The notes under the pieces are model-generated. The model was given only the letters and a program-made list of their open reading frames with translations. It had not been told where the DNA came from and did not search any database. A program made the position numbers and the translations under genes. From IMG/VR virus record IMGVR_UViG_3300045256_000094: a stretch of DNA of 64,000 bases. The stretch is one strand, 5' to 3'. Shown piece after piece: positions 53,101 through 61,887 of this stretch. Each line of letters opens with the position of its first letter. Positions within the stretch are counted from its first letter, which is position 1. This stretch comes from a virus.

Positions 53101-53946
53101 ACCGGCCACCTGGGCACCGCCGTTGAGTTCTACTTCAATCGGCGGGACGAAACCGCCACTGAGTACGAAGAAGCTGTTGGTTCCACCGAACGTCGTAAAG
53201 ACGTAGTTACCCGTGGTCGGGTCGATGGACGCCCCTTCGGCGTTCGTCAACCCCGTCACCATCGGCCGGGCCGAGGAGATAGTCGGGAAGCCGTTGGTGT
53301 CCAACTCGTAGGCGACCACCCGCCCGCCGGTGTATTCCGTAACAAGGATGGACGGGTTGGTGAACTGAGTCGAACCAATCGGGACGTAGACGTAGCCTTC
53401 CGGTCCGCCCGGCAGGCTCGGCCCGGTCGAGGCCAGGGAGAGGTTGTACGTCCCGCTCCCGTCGGCCGTCATGTTCAGGAAGTAGCAGTTACCGCTCGGC
53501 CAGGACACGACCATGAGCTTCCCGGCACCGGGATACCCAGGCGGGATGAAGCCGAGCGAGCCGACCGACGACGCAACACCCAGGGCGGTCAGGCTCACCG
53601 TCTTGTCCGGGCTGGTCGAACCCGGCTTGAATTGGTGAATCTGGTTGGCACTGTAGGCGGTGCAGAACAGGACGCCGGACGGGTGGTAGGCCACGCCGCC
53701 GTCGATCTGCGGCACGTTGATGGCTAAGGTCGCCGACCCGACGCCGGTTATTAAATCGGACAGGTTCCGTGTGACCGGGACTTCGTACAACGCACCGGAA
53801 AGCTGGTTGCCGTTGCCGCCAACCAGGATCGTGTCGGGATCACCATTTTTGAAAACCAACCCGGCGTAGGGCGTGGGGAGGCCGGTTGCCGCACCGATCT
53901 GGGCAATGGTGTAGTCTGAGTTAAACGGGCTTACGACGGTCGCCAT
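50188..53946 (-). CDS. large structural protein (1252 aa) with a beta-propeller-like N-terminus and Gly-rich repeat blocks (tail-fibre-like)
   Basis: It shares repeats with the 484-aa protein (SAGIRGGSTASVRKVIPITLSSAGVSGGGSA). Confidence 0.6.
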   Translation of the reverse strand: MATVVSPFNSDYTIAQIGAATGLPTPYAGLVFKNGDPDTILVGGNGNQLSGALYEVPVTRNLSDLITGVGSATLAINVPQIDGGVAYHPSGVLFCTAYSANQIHQFKPGSTSPDKTVSLTALGVASSVGSLGFIPPGYPGAGKLMVVSWPSGNCYFLNMTADGSGTYNLSLASTGPSLPGGPEGYVYVPIGSTQFTNPSILVTEYTGGRVVAYELDTNGFPTISSARPMVTGLTNAEGASIDPTTGNYVFTTFGGTNSFFVLSGGFVPPIEVELNGGAQVAGAGVAAYQANVSVTSAGIRGGSTASVRKVIPITLSSAGVSGGGSAVDTYQANFIPSGGIQGAGQALKESPVYHYPNLPDVPIAPLTMGGTPDLAVTYSNSASGGVTLDSETRIKVGRRYLPSGNSADAPPDFAGVSVGYLNHLNPTTVKLTFNLDFKFAWNIASYVFKDYTFLWNVGKVRQYWYRVVGRAKDEQCDPIQTNDPCCLKFIMNVQARSIEDLCRKLKERKWKWPIASVERFSRPAENDAVAQDEANGINHDCNKLEPVEICKNPVCADFCVQYDLIDRWGVGTTVQVNSFKDWTGTGSVFMGGSADASFLRNGIDFTAEGEGEIEIGGEATVISSAYRHVAEGGVETGGTPGIRASNWSYVGGVWPYVNAKFSGTTTDQFEDLPSDQAWFQPNRALVNNGLTASVDLSFGRKSMFLVVKGFNLGLGDNVRVLGFKVEINRYSNSTVRDSEVYLVLDDEIISDNMADTSTTWPLGVASVKTYGGTFEQWRDPDDPDYLGEWDINDVADPDFGVAIRVSPDLIGSGITAFIDNINLYVYTEENSDTQSLRTGGEALVKSSNYGYTGTGSVTVSQGSAGLRVHRRVLNTGRGSLGPEFAAIRMGGQYALNLHYDPTDSEVEVGGVADIKSTDWRTVADGEVEIGGEARVRSSSYSWTMNGGFTLGGSAGLRNRFKYRPTGGVALDGTVNPRLPFNYVATGGLTLDGNPRIRSSAFKWVSDGNAIFIGGGADINYSDFGTLMVDIGATAFVEDVLLTFPEDDSTDTLEQLTTTITRCNCNGMPLLVPFSHNMFTSNKLTQFLNRNGLSVARVINLSYNEPNDSWQANLHFKGRSAQSNSLESWDIVFDLQCTSNVDGDEIGQNVWRFGVHYLQKNLSTLEDYDTRLLVAFIPDRICLNGDFNASITIDTSQNLVSVTPTSVVYQQLLYDNIGLFKNDYWTLNPDIQIQISQTGVPDPIPRFVVNIGA

Positions 53947-53970
53947 ACTGTATTTAGAACTTTGTCAACT

Positions 53971-54816
53971 TTAATGCCGCATATCGTGGGAGTAGAGTTC
54001 GTATTTTCCGTCCTGGTATTCCATGATGGCGGTGCAGGACTCCACCCAATCGCCGCAGTTGTAGTAGTTCACTCCCTTCAGGGGCTTCAATGCCGGTGTG
54101 TGGATGTGCCCACAGATCACGCCCTGACAGTCCCGCTCGTTGGCGTAGTCCGCTAATAACGTCTCGAACCCGCTCACGAAGCTGGTCGCCCCCTTCACGG
54201 ACTTCTTGACGGCTTTACTGAGTGACCAGTAGGGCAGGCCGAACTGTCGCCTGAACCAGTTGACGAAGGTGTTTGCCCGGATGAGCAGGTCGTAACCGAT
54301 GTCGCCGAGACGGAGTAGCCATCGGGTGTAGTTCATCATGAACTGGATGGCGGTGTCGAAGCGGTCCCCGTGGATGACGAGATTCTTCTTTCCGTCCGGG
54401 GTGGTGTGAACGAATTCGTCGGCAATGTATATATTGCCCAGGTCGATGTGAAAATCGTGGATGAAACTGCGAAGGAATTCGTCGTGGTTCCCGGCGACGT
54501 AGTACACCTTCGTCCCGTGCTTCACGAAGCTCAGAATCTTGCGGACGACCAGGGTGCAGTTGTTGTCCCAATACCAGTTCCTCTTCAACTTCCACCCGTC
54601 GATGAAGTCGCCGACGAGGTACAGGTTCTCCGGGTTTTGCTCCCTGATCTCCTTCAAAAACTCAAGCAGGAGGCCCGTTTTAGCGAACCTCCCGCCCAGA
54701 TGCACGTCCGAGATAAAGACCGACCGCAGCTTACTCATTCGAAGTCCTTTAACATGTAGGTGTTCGATTTCTTCGGTATGTAGTAAGTATGATTCTGGCT
54801 CAGGAACCAGTACCAC
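53971..54816 (-). CDS. LpxH-like calcineurin-type phosphoesterase
   Basis: The motifs DVHLG, GDFIDGW and GNHDEF are present. Confidence 0.55.
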   Translation of the reverse strand: MVLVPEPESYLLHTEEIEHLHVKGLRMSKLRSVFISDVHLGGRFAKTGLLLEFLKEIREQNPENLYLVGDFIDGWKLKRNWYWDNNCTLVVRKILSFVKHGTKVYYVAGNHDEFLRSFIHDFHIDLGNIYIADEFVHTTPDGKKNLVIHGDRFDTAIQFMMNYTRWLLRLGDIGYDLLIRANTFVNWFRRQFGLPYWSLSKAVKKSVKGATSFVSGFETLLADYANERDCQGVICGHIHTPALKPLKGVNYYNCGDWVESCTAIMEYQDGKYELYSHDMRH

Positions 54817-55976
54817 CTTTCCGGGATGGCCGGGTTGACGCTGCTCCCCCAGCCGTCGGTAATCACGAACACCGCCTTCGGGTACGGCTCCTCGTTCTTC
54901 TTCATGTACTGCTGGATGTAGTTCTCAATCGGCTGGAACGCCGTCCCGCCGAACCCGTACAATTTCTTGCTCTCCAGCGTCGTCTCGTACACCGCCGTGT
55001 CGAAGCAGTGCATCTTCACGTCGAACCGGGCCGGGTTCAAGCTCATCGCCGCCTTGAAGAACCGATCCCGGAAGTGCGCACAACTCCCCGACGTGTCCTG
55101 AAAGAACCACACCTGGATGCGGCCCTCCGTCTCGAACTCAACCTCCATCTCCGTCGGCAGCATCAGCCCCTCGGCCATGTTCACGAACCGCCGGTTAAGC
55201 CGTGCCCACTGTTCCACGTCCCTAAGATCGGGCCGGTCGTACTTCCTGGCCCACTTCTTAATGACCGTCTCCCACTTCTGCTTCTTCTTAACCTCGCCGA
55301 CCTGGGCGAAGGTGAACACCCCGCCCTGGCCCGTCCCCGCCTTCTGCGGACCGTCCTTGTCCTTCTGCTCGAAGTGTTTCTCGATCATGTCCTTGATCGA
55401 GTTCTTCTCGTCGTCGGACAGCTTGCCGTTGAGCTTGTCGATCACTTCGTCCCAATCGCTGTTCGCCAACCCGTCGTGCCCCTCGGCCCCTTCGACCAGT
55501 ACGGCCACGATGTACTCCGGCTCCGGCAACTTGGTGTAATAGAACTCGAACGCCTGATCGGTCGGCATGTCCTTCTCTTCGGGGAAGACGGTATCCACCC
55601 AGCAGTACGTCTCCTGGTTCTGAATCTTCTTCCGGTCGAACTCGAAGCTCCGGGTCAGGGTGTGGTTGACCACCACGTCCAGGGCGTAGTTGCACCCCTT
55701 GCGGTCCTTCGTGTCCCGGCACCGCAGCCCGTGCTTCAGGATGACGTGCAGGGACTCGTGGCAGATGACGAACAGTCGGGTGTAGTCGTCGCTCTCCTCC
55801 CAGAACTTCGGGTTGAAGAGGAACTGGACGTACTGGCCTTCCTTGTTGAAGCTCACCGCCGCCGTCTCGATGGAATCAGTGAACACCGGACGGCCCATCT
55901 CCCACAGGGCGTAGAAGATGGCGTGGTGCTGCTCCAGGGCACGGCTGATGGAGAGGAACTGTTCGTTGGTAATCAC
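54735..55976 (-). CDS. vWA-domain protein with an N-terminal HExxH metallopeptidase-like motif
   Basis: It contains CHESLHVILKH and the MIDAS-like motif FQDTSGSC. It is adjacent to the AAA+ ATPase. Confidence 0.5.
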   Translation of the reverse strand: MITNEQFLSISRALEQHHAIFYALWEMGRPVFTDSIETAAVSFNKEGQYVQFLFNPKFWEESDDYTRLFVICHESLHVILKHGLRCRDTKDRKGCNYALDVVVNHTLTRSFEFDRKKIQNQETYCWVDTVFPEEKDMPTDQAFEFYYTKLPEPEYIVAVLVEGAEGHDGLANSDWDEVIDKLNGKLSDDEKNSIKDMIEKHFEQKDKDGPQKAGTGQGGVFTFAQVGEVKKKQKWETVIKKWARKYDRPDLRDVEQWARLNRRFVNMAEGLMLPTEMEVEFETEGRIQVWFFQDTSGSCAHFRDRFFKAAMSLNPARFDVKMHCFDTAVYETTLESKKLYGFGGTAFQPIENYIQQYMKKNEEPYPKAVFVITDGWGSSVNPAIPERWYWFLSQNHTYYIPKKSNTYMLKDFE

Positions 55977-57493
55977 TTGGCCTTCCCCTTCACCTTTTCC
56001 TTCTCCTGGGCCTTCTCGATGTTCTTCCCGGCGACGAACAGCCCCTTGCCGAGAACCGCATCGAACTCGAACTTTCTCAGGAGATTGTGGAAGTTCTTCC
56101 TGTACGTTTTCACGATGTCGTCGTGAACCATCTTCTCCTTCTCGGCGATGGTCCGCAGGCAGTGGTTGACGATCCCGACAAAATCCTTCAAGTTCTGGAG
56201 GGTGGACGCCTGGGAGTTACTGGCGATGGTGTCGAGGATGCTCAAAGTCCTGACGGCTTGGGCGGTCGTGATCTTCTCCGGGAAGTCCTCACGCAGCCGC
56301 TTGTAGATGCCCCGCCGGTCCTGGGTGGTGTGGTACTTCTTCCCCTTGAAGAAGTCCTCCCAGGCGGTCAGGTACTTGTCGTAGTCCTTCTCGTCCGCCT
56401 TCTTGTTCCACCAAGACGGCTCCGGGTTGATCCCGAGGCAGAACTGTTCGAGCTTCGGCCCGTTCAGCCCGAGGATGTTACCCAACTTGTCGTCCTTCTT
56501 AACCTCTCGCTTGATGCGGTTAACCCGCAGCTTGTTGGTGTTGGCCTGGAGGATGTCGAGGACGATCTGCTTGAAGTTCGCCTTCTCGATGTTCTTCATC
56601 ACCACGTCGTAGGCCATGTCGTTCGAGGCGAACAGGCTGGACACCTTCTCGTTCGGCATGAGCGGCAGGAAGAACTCGATCCGGTCCTTTCGCTTCAGGA
56701 TGAACGGCTCGGCGGCGGCGTAATTGTTCTCCACCGCCAGGAACGCCGTCGCCCCCTGCACGTCGTTCTTCTCCATCAGCTTCGTGAGGGCTTCACTGAC
56801 GGGACCGTGCTTGATGGTGGTCAGCAGCTTGTTGACGTTGGAGTTGGACGGCAGGACGAACCGGATGTCGCCGTCCTTTTGGAATACTTCCAGGGCGTAG
56901 TCGAGCCGCCGGGGAGTGACCTTCATCTTCACTTCCTTCGGCAGTTCGCCCCACCACGCCAGGGCGGACTTCGCCAGCGTCTCGCCGTACTTCTTAGTGA
57001 AGTAGCCCTTGTCGGCCTCGTAGGGGGCGTGGACGTGAATCTGGAAGCGGTCCTCCTGGGCCGGGTCCAGGGGTTCCACGTCGTAGTTGCCGTCGTCGGC
57101 CGGGTTGACCGCCGCCCAGATGAAGCGGAGGTTGTTGAATTTCTTGCCGTTGATACTCTTGAATTGAAGTAGTTCCATGACGGCGTTCCGCACCTTCTTG
57201 TGGGCACGGTTGAATTCGTCGAAAAACAGGCACTCCACTTCGTCGTTCTGGAAGTCCTTCGGCCGGATCAGTTCCAGATAAACGTTCCCCTTGTCGTCCT
57301 CGACCTTCTGCGGGACGCCAACGAGATCAACCCACGGGTCCATCGTGGCGGCAGAGTAATACCGCCACTTGAGGCCGTGCCGCTCAAAAGCATCTTTCAC
57401 AATCGAGGTTTTACCGATCCCGGCGTGCCCGACGAAAAGGACGTTGAGGTTATTCCTAATCCAAAAGTCTAGGTGGTCGTTCCTGACAAACAT
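55973..57493 (-). CDS. AAA+ ATPase (MoxR/AAA_5-like)
   Basis: The Walker A motif GHAGIGKTS is present. A 4-nt overlap with the vWA gene is present. Confidence 0.65.
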   Translation of the reverse strand: MFVRNDHLDFWIRNNLNVLFVGHAGIGKTSIVKDAFERHGLKWRYYSAATMDPWVDLVGVPQKVEDDKGNVYLELIRPKDFQNDEVECLFFDEFNRAHKKVRNAVMELLQFKSINGKKFNNLRFIWAAVNPADDGNYDVEPLDPAQEDRFQIHVHAPYEADKGYFTKKYGETLAKSALAWWGELPKEVKMKVTPRRLDYALEVFQKDGDIRFVLPSNSNVNKLLTTIKHGPVSEALTKLMEKNDVQGATAFLAVENNYAAAEPFILKRKDRIEFFLPLMPNEKVSSLFASNDMAYDVVMKNIEKANFKQIVLDILQANTNKLRVNRIKREVKKDDKLGNILGLNGPKLEQFCLGINPEPSWWNKKADEKDYDKYLTAWEDFFKGKKYHTTQDRRGIYKRLREDFPEKITTAQAVRTLSILDTIASNSQASTLQNLKDFVGIVNHCLRTIAEKEKMVHDDIVKTYRKNFHNLLRKFEFDAVLGKGLFVAGKNIEKAQEKEKVKGKAK

Positions 57494-57619
57494 GCTGTGT
57501 TCCTCCAGCAGTGGAGTATACAGGCCGCTGCGGAGCGAGTCAATTTTGTTTCGAAACTTGAGCGGCAGGAAGGGATTGTGTAATATGTACCAGATTGTTT
57601 AACTTCTGGAAAGGGCAAA

Positions 57620-57949
57620 ATGGAAAACGAGGAGCTTACCTACATACCCCTGGAAACCAACGACGAGTTCTTCGACGGGTTTCACGGTGCTTACGACGAA
57701 GTGATGGAAGCGATCTTCGTCATTCTCGCCATCCCTTCCGAGTTATACAACAGAAACGGTAACAGCTACCCGGCGAACGCCCTCGCCTCCATACTGCTTA
57801 CACAACCACTGATGCTCCGGCACGAGGCTCGAATGGCACTACCAAATCTCGACTTCTCCGACCTTGTTGGCGATTACCCCGAATTCGAGGACATCGCAGA
57901 GGATGAGGAAGTGTTCACCAAAGTAAATTGGAAAGAGGAGGGGTTTTGA
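57620..57949 (+). CDS. small acidic protein ending in VNWKEEGF
   Basis: ORF with the shared C-terminal motif. Confidence 0.4.
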   Translation: MENEELTYIPLETNDEFFDGFHGAYDEVMEAIFVILAIPSELYNRNGNSYPANALASILLTQPLMLRHEARMALPNLDFSDLVGDYPEFEDIAEDEEVFTKVNWKEEGF

Positions 57950-58464
57950 ATCCCAACGACAAGTCTATCATCATGCTGATCTTGGCTTACCCCGACATGC
58001 AAGTCACCGAGCGGGATCAGCTATTCACACAACTCCACGACACATCCTTGAAAAATATCTGCTTAGTTGCCCTCGGCGAGCTAGATATAGAAGTCCTTGA
58101 CGAACCCGACCGCAGTTGCGCTATCGAACTGGCTCGGGAGGCGAAGGCGAGAATCGAAAGAATCCGCCAGCAGCAGATCAAGGCCAGGAGAGAGAACGTG
58201 ATGACGCCGCTTGCCGAGAAACTGACTCGGCTCCACCGCCAGGGCAAAGTGCCCGAGAAGATGTTAATCATCTACGGGGTGTCCGGCACCATCCCGTTCC
58301 GCCACCCGGTCGAAAACCGGAACCTGACCTACGAAGAGAAGGTCGCCGTCCTGCAACAGCGAATGGAGCGGCGGTTCGGCGTCCGGTGGCGTGAGCGATT
58401 CCACGAACTACCCGAATGGCTGGGTGGTGGAGAGAAAACCAATTGGGTTAACGAGGGGTTCTGA
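57946..58464 (+). CDS. hypothetical protein ending in NWVNEGF
   Basis: An AGGAGG RBS is present. A TTG start is inferred, so the start is uncertain. Confidence 0.35.
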   Translation: MNPNDKSIIMLILAYPDMQVTERDQLFTQLHDTSLKNICLVALGELDIEVLDEPDRSCAIELAREAKARIERIRQQQIKARRENVMTPLAEKLTRLHRQGKVPEKMLIIYGVSGTIPFRHPVENRNLTYEEKVAVLQQRMERRFGVRWRERFHELPEWLGGGEKTNWVNEGF

Positions 58465-58862
58465 TGACATTCCGTGAATTCATGCAGCTTGATGAACAGC
58501 CCAACGTGCTGTTCGACCAGCCGGTTCAGATCGTCGTGGACATTGACGGCAAACCGCAGAAGTTCACCGTTGACATCATTGACGTGCGGGCCGAGGACTG
58601 GACCCAGACCCAGGTCCGCACCGCCGACGGGATCGTAATGTCCACCGCCCCGAAGACCCTCTCAGGCTTCCAGCCGTTCTCCCTGCCCCTTGCCAACGGC
58701 CAGTTCATCAACCACGACGCCTGGAGCGGCAATACCATCAGTGCAGAACCACTGAAGACCATCGCCCGGAAGGATTGGGCGAAGTTCGCTCAGTTCGTTC
58801 TCGGCGACAAGGTGGTGAAAGGTCCGCTGGCCCAACGTGACTACGATGCGAAGGTCGGCTAA
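58464..58862 (+). CDS. hypothetical protein
   Basis: ORF only. Confidence 0.4.
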   Translation: MTFREFMQLDEQPNVLFDQPVQIVVDIDGKPQKFTVDIIDVRAEDWTQTQVRTADGIVMSTAPKTLSGFQPFSLPLANGQFINHDAWSGNTISAEPLKTIARKDWAKFAQFVLGDKVVKGPLAQRDYDAKVG

Positions 58863-59137
58863 AAGCCTTCGTCCTTCCAATTGACGTGTTCGACCGTTTC
58901 GATCTTCCGCCGGTTCTGAAACCGCACCAGTGCGATGCGTGCCATCGCCAGAGCGTACAGGTTCCGGCGGGTATACTCTTCGTCTATGATCGCCTGCCGC
59001 CGCCGGTCCTCGGCGTCCCGCTGTTCACGCTCTCTTCTCTCCCGCCGCTCCTTGAAGTAATGTAAGACGCCCTGGTAGATGACGAAGGTCATCATCCAGA
59101 TGGCGAACACGATGATCGTGGGTGCGTCGAGGGTCAC
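58859..59137 (-). CDS. membrane protein ending in VNWKDEGF
   Basis: It has an N-terminal transmembrane segment and a charged middle region. Confidence 0.4.
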   Translation of the reverse strand: MTLDAPTIIVFAIWMMTFVIYQGVLHYFKERRERREREQRDAEDRRRQAIIDEEYTRRNLYALAMARIALVRFQNRRKIETVEHVNWKDEGF

Positions 59138-59643
59138 GGTTTAACTGAGTAAAACACAAGGCGGGCCTATACCCAGGGTTCTGTTCCGGTTTCCCGGCAG
59201 GTTACATTTATCTCGGCCTTGCGACCGGGCAGTCTATTACGACACGCCTGCACCAACCCGCATCTATAACGTGCCGCTCACGCACACGATGCTGTTTGGC
59301 TTGCCACGGCTGTAGTCAAAGCGATACTCCCTTTCGGTTTCTCTCCTACAGCGAGCGGAGTGGCCCTGAAGTTCCTCTAGGCTTGACGCCCAGCGTAACC
59401 TCGGCCCGCCTTGTGTACCCCAGAATACACGATTTGGAAAAAAAGTAAATCGCCGCTTTACTTCGTCCCGGTGTCAGCTACTATAGGGATGTCTCGCCGA
59501 CTACTCGTCCCGGCGGGCTGGGCCTCGAAACCCAGCGGGGAATGCTGGTGGGACTACATAACGACGTGCCATAGGGGGAACCCGCCATGAAGAACACCGA
59601 ATTCACCTAGAACGACAACAACCTCGCCGCCCTGGTCCCGGCG

Positions 59644-60204
59644 ATGCTCCACTGTGAGCAGACAAAGGGCCAGACTGTATTTCAGCACGGCATGTCCGTC
59701 CAACAGATGACCCTGGAACTCCTGGGGCACTTGTCGGACGGACTCGACATTTCTGGCTGGCGAATCCCGGACTGGCTCACCGCCAACAGGTCCGAGATCG
59801 CATCCAACCTTCACTCACTCGAAGACATCGGCTGCTACACCCTCTACCACGACTGCGGTAAGCCGCTCTGTCGTGTCGTAGACGCTGAGGGCAAGGTTCA
59901 CTTCCCCGATCACGCCGCCGTCTCCCGCCGTGCCTACCTTGAGGCCACCGGCGACGAGAAGGTGGCGAACCTGATCGGCTGGGACATGTGCCTCCACACC
60001 TGCACCGCCGACGAACTCACGAACCTACTGAAGACCTGGACGAAGCAGGACGCCTACACCCTGTTAGTGGTTGCGCTCGCCGAAGTCCACAGCAACGCCC
60101 GCATGTTCGGGGGTCTGGATTCCACGTCCTTCAAGATCAAGTGGAAGCAACTCGACAAGCGGGGCAAGCAGATTCTCAAACACTACACGGGAGGGCAGTC
60201 ATGA
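59644..60204 (+). CDS. HD-domain phosphohydrolase
   Basis: It contains H...LYHDCGKP...HFPDH. A strong RBS with an ATG lies 57 nt upstream in frame, interrupted by a TAG. Confidence 0.5.
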   Translation: MLHCEQTKGQTVFQHGMSVQQMTLELLGHLSDGLDISGWRIPDWLTANRSEIASNLHSLEDIGCYTLYHDCGKPLCRVVDAEGKVHFPDHAAVSRRAYLEATGDEKVANLIGWDMCLHTCTADELTNLLKTWTKQDAYTLLVVALAEVHSNARMFGGLDSTSFKIKWKQLDKRGKQILKHYTGGQS

Positions 60205-60593
60205 TCGTCATCTTCAGCTACCGAGAGTCGTACACGCAGACGGACCGCTGCGGCTACGTCACCAACACCAGCCAGTCCGACTTCCGCATGCACGCCTGCG
60301 AGACGGAAGAGGATGCGGCCGAATGGATCGCCGACCGGATCAAGGAAGACCCCAGGGCCGACTACAACCACATCATCGTGGACGACTGGAAGACCCTGGA
60401 ACACATGGCCCAGCACGGGTACATGAACAGCCCCAGCAGCAAGGAGAACTCGATCACCCTGCCCTGGACGCACGAGGACAAGTACGGCGACGACTACGAA
60501 GCCTACCAGCAGCAGGAGCAGCGTAACGGGGAACTGCACGCCAGGGTCACGGAGTTGGTGAAGGAAAAGTTGGTTCCGCCGAAGTGGTGTTAG
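60201..60593 (+). CDS. hypothetical protein
   Basis: It is ATGA-coupled to the upstream gene. A GGGAGGG RBS is present. Confidence 0.45.
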   Translation: MIVIFSYRESYTQTDRCGYVTNTSQSDFRMHACETEEDAAEWIADRIKEDPRADYNHIIVDDWKTLEHMAQHGYMNSPSSKENSITLPWTHEDKYGDDYEAYQQQEQRNGELHARVTELVKEKLVPPKWC

Positions 60594-60601
60594 TAAAGAC
60601 T

Positions 60602-60639
60602 CCGACCCCACAGGTGTTTGGCCTGTGGGGTCGGAGCGA
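60602..60639. terminator. 15-bp perfect hairpin between convergent genes
   Basis: The sequence is CTCCGACCCCACAGG-tgtttggc-CCTGTGGGGTCGGAG. No U-tract follows. Confidence 0.35.
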
Positions 60640-60764
60640 ACCTGCCAGTCCTTGAAACCTGTGTCTCATCCTTGAGACTCTACTTCGTCGGTCAGGGCGA
60701 CACGGGTTTTTGGCCCGTTTCGTTAAGACAACTATAACACAGGACATCGGGCGATGCAAGTTGC

Positions 60765-61829
60765 CTAGACTGCGGGGACGGAGAATTTGGAGCAGAAAGC
60801 ATCCGCCACCCGCATCACCTTTTCATAATCCTTTAACCCATCACGCAGCCAGGGTTGCGAGTCGAAAATGCCCCGCCCATTAAGCGCACCGAGCATCCCG
60901 CCGACGAAGCTGGCGTTGCTGTCCGTGTCACCACCGGCCAGGACCGCCTCGAACATCGCCTCCACGCTCGTCGGCTTTCGGGCGAAATATGCGTAGGAGA
61001 ACGGAAGGCTGTGATAGACAGGGTACGACCCCCGGCCGAACTCCTCGTCCATCTGGTCGTCGGCCCAGCCCTCGTCGAGAAACGCCCTGAGCTTCATCAT
61101 CTCGAACTCCAGGTTGTGCCCGGTGTTCGTGACATGCTTGATGGTGTAAGACTCGGGGATGTCCAAGTCCTCGCAGTTGCCGAACGTGCATTCGATCACG
61201 TCGAGGAAGTCCCACATCGGGTCGAAGTCCACGCCGGAGTGCCGCAGCAGTTCGACCAGGACCGCCGTGTGAACCACGCCGCCGAGAACGGCCACCTGGG
61301 CGTCGTGCGTCATCCGCCCGAACGCCACCACGTTGTTGTAGAAGTCCTTGCGGATGCTGTCGGAGTAGGCGATGGGAGAGAGATACCATGCGGCGAGCGG
61401 GGCCACCTTCATCGGCACGCCGTTCCCGAGGCCACGCTTCTTGCCGTCGGTGTAGACGCCGGATTGGCTCCAGTGCGTCCCGGCGATCAGCCTATTGATG
61501 GCGTCCTTCGTCGTGTTCCCCATCCCGGTTGGGGACTCCTTGATGGCCCGGCAGTGGTGGCGGGCGATGGCGTCCATGCAGAACGTCCCGGCCTCGATCA
61601 GTGCCTCAGCCGTGATCCCGGTCAGGCACCAGTCGTCGGTCGTCGTCCCGGCTTCGTTGCCGTCGAAATACTTGTGGCCGTCGGGCCGGAAGTATTTCAG
61701 GTCGGCGATGCTCGGCACCTTCTCCTTGATCTCGGCACGGGACATGCCCTCGAACGGCATCCCCAGGGCGTCCCCGTAGGCGATCCCCAGAAACATCCCC
61801 TCGACCTTCGACTTGGTGAGCGTGGACAT
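60765..61829 (-). CDS. ADP-ribosylglycohydrolase (ARH/DraG family)
   Basis: It contains GIAYGDALGMPFEG and GGDTDSNASFVGGMLGA. The start is set at MSTLTK with a GGAG RBS. Confidence 0.7.
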   Translation of the reverse strand: MSTLTKSKVEGMFLGIAYGDALGMPFEGMSRAEIKEKVPSIADLKYFRPDGHKYFDGNEAGTTTDDWCLTGITAEALIEAGTFCMDAIARHHCRAIKESPTGMGNTTKDAINRLIAGTHWSQSGVYTDGKKRGLGNGVPMKVAPLAAWYLSPIAYSDSIRKDFYNNVVAFGRMTHDAQVAVLGGVVHTAVLVELLRHSGVDFDPMWDFLDVIECTFGNCEDLDIPESYTIKHVTNTGHNLEFEMMKLRAFLDEGWADDQMDEEFGRGSYPVYHSLPFSYAYFARKPTSVEAMFEAVLAGGDTDSNASFVGGMLGALNGRGIFDSQPWLRDGLKDYEKVMRVADAFCSKFSVPAV

Positions 61830-61887
61830 AGCATCTCCGTAGTGGATGAATCCTCTAAAGTCTACCCGGATTACGGCCGGTGTAAAG

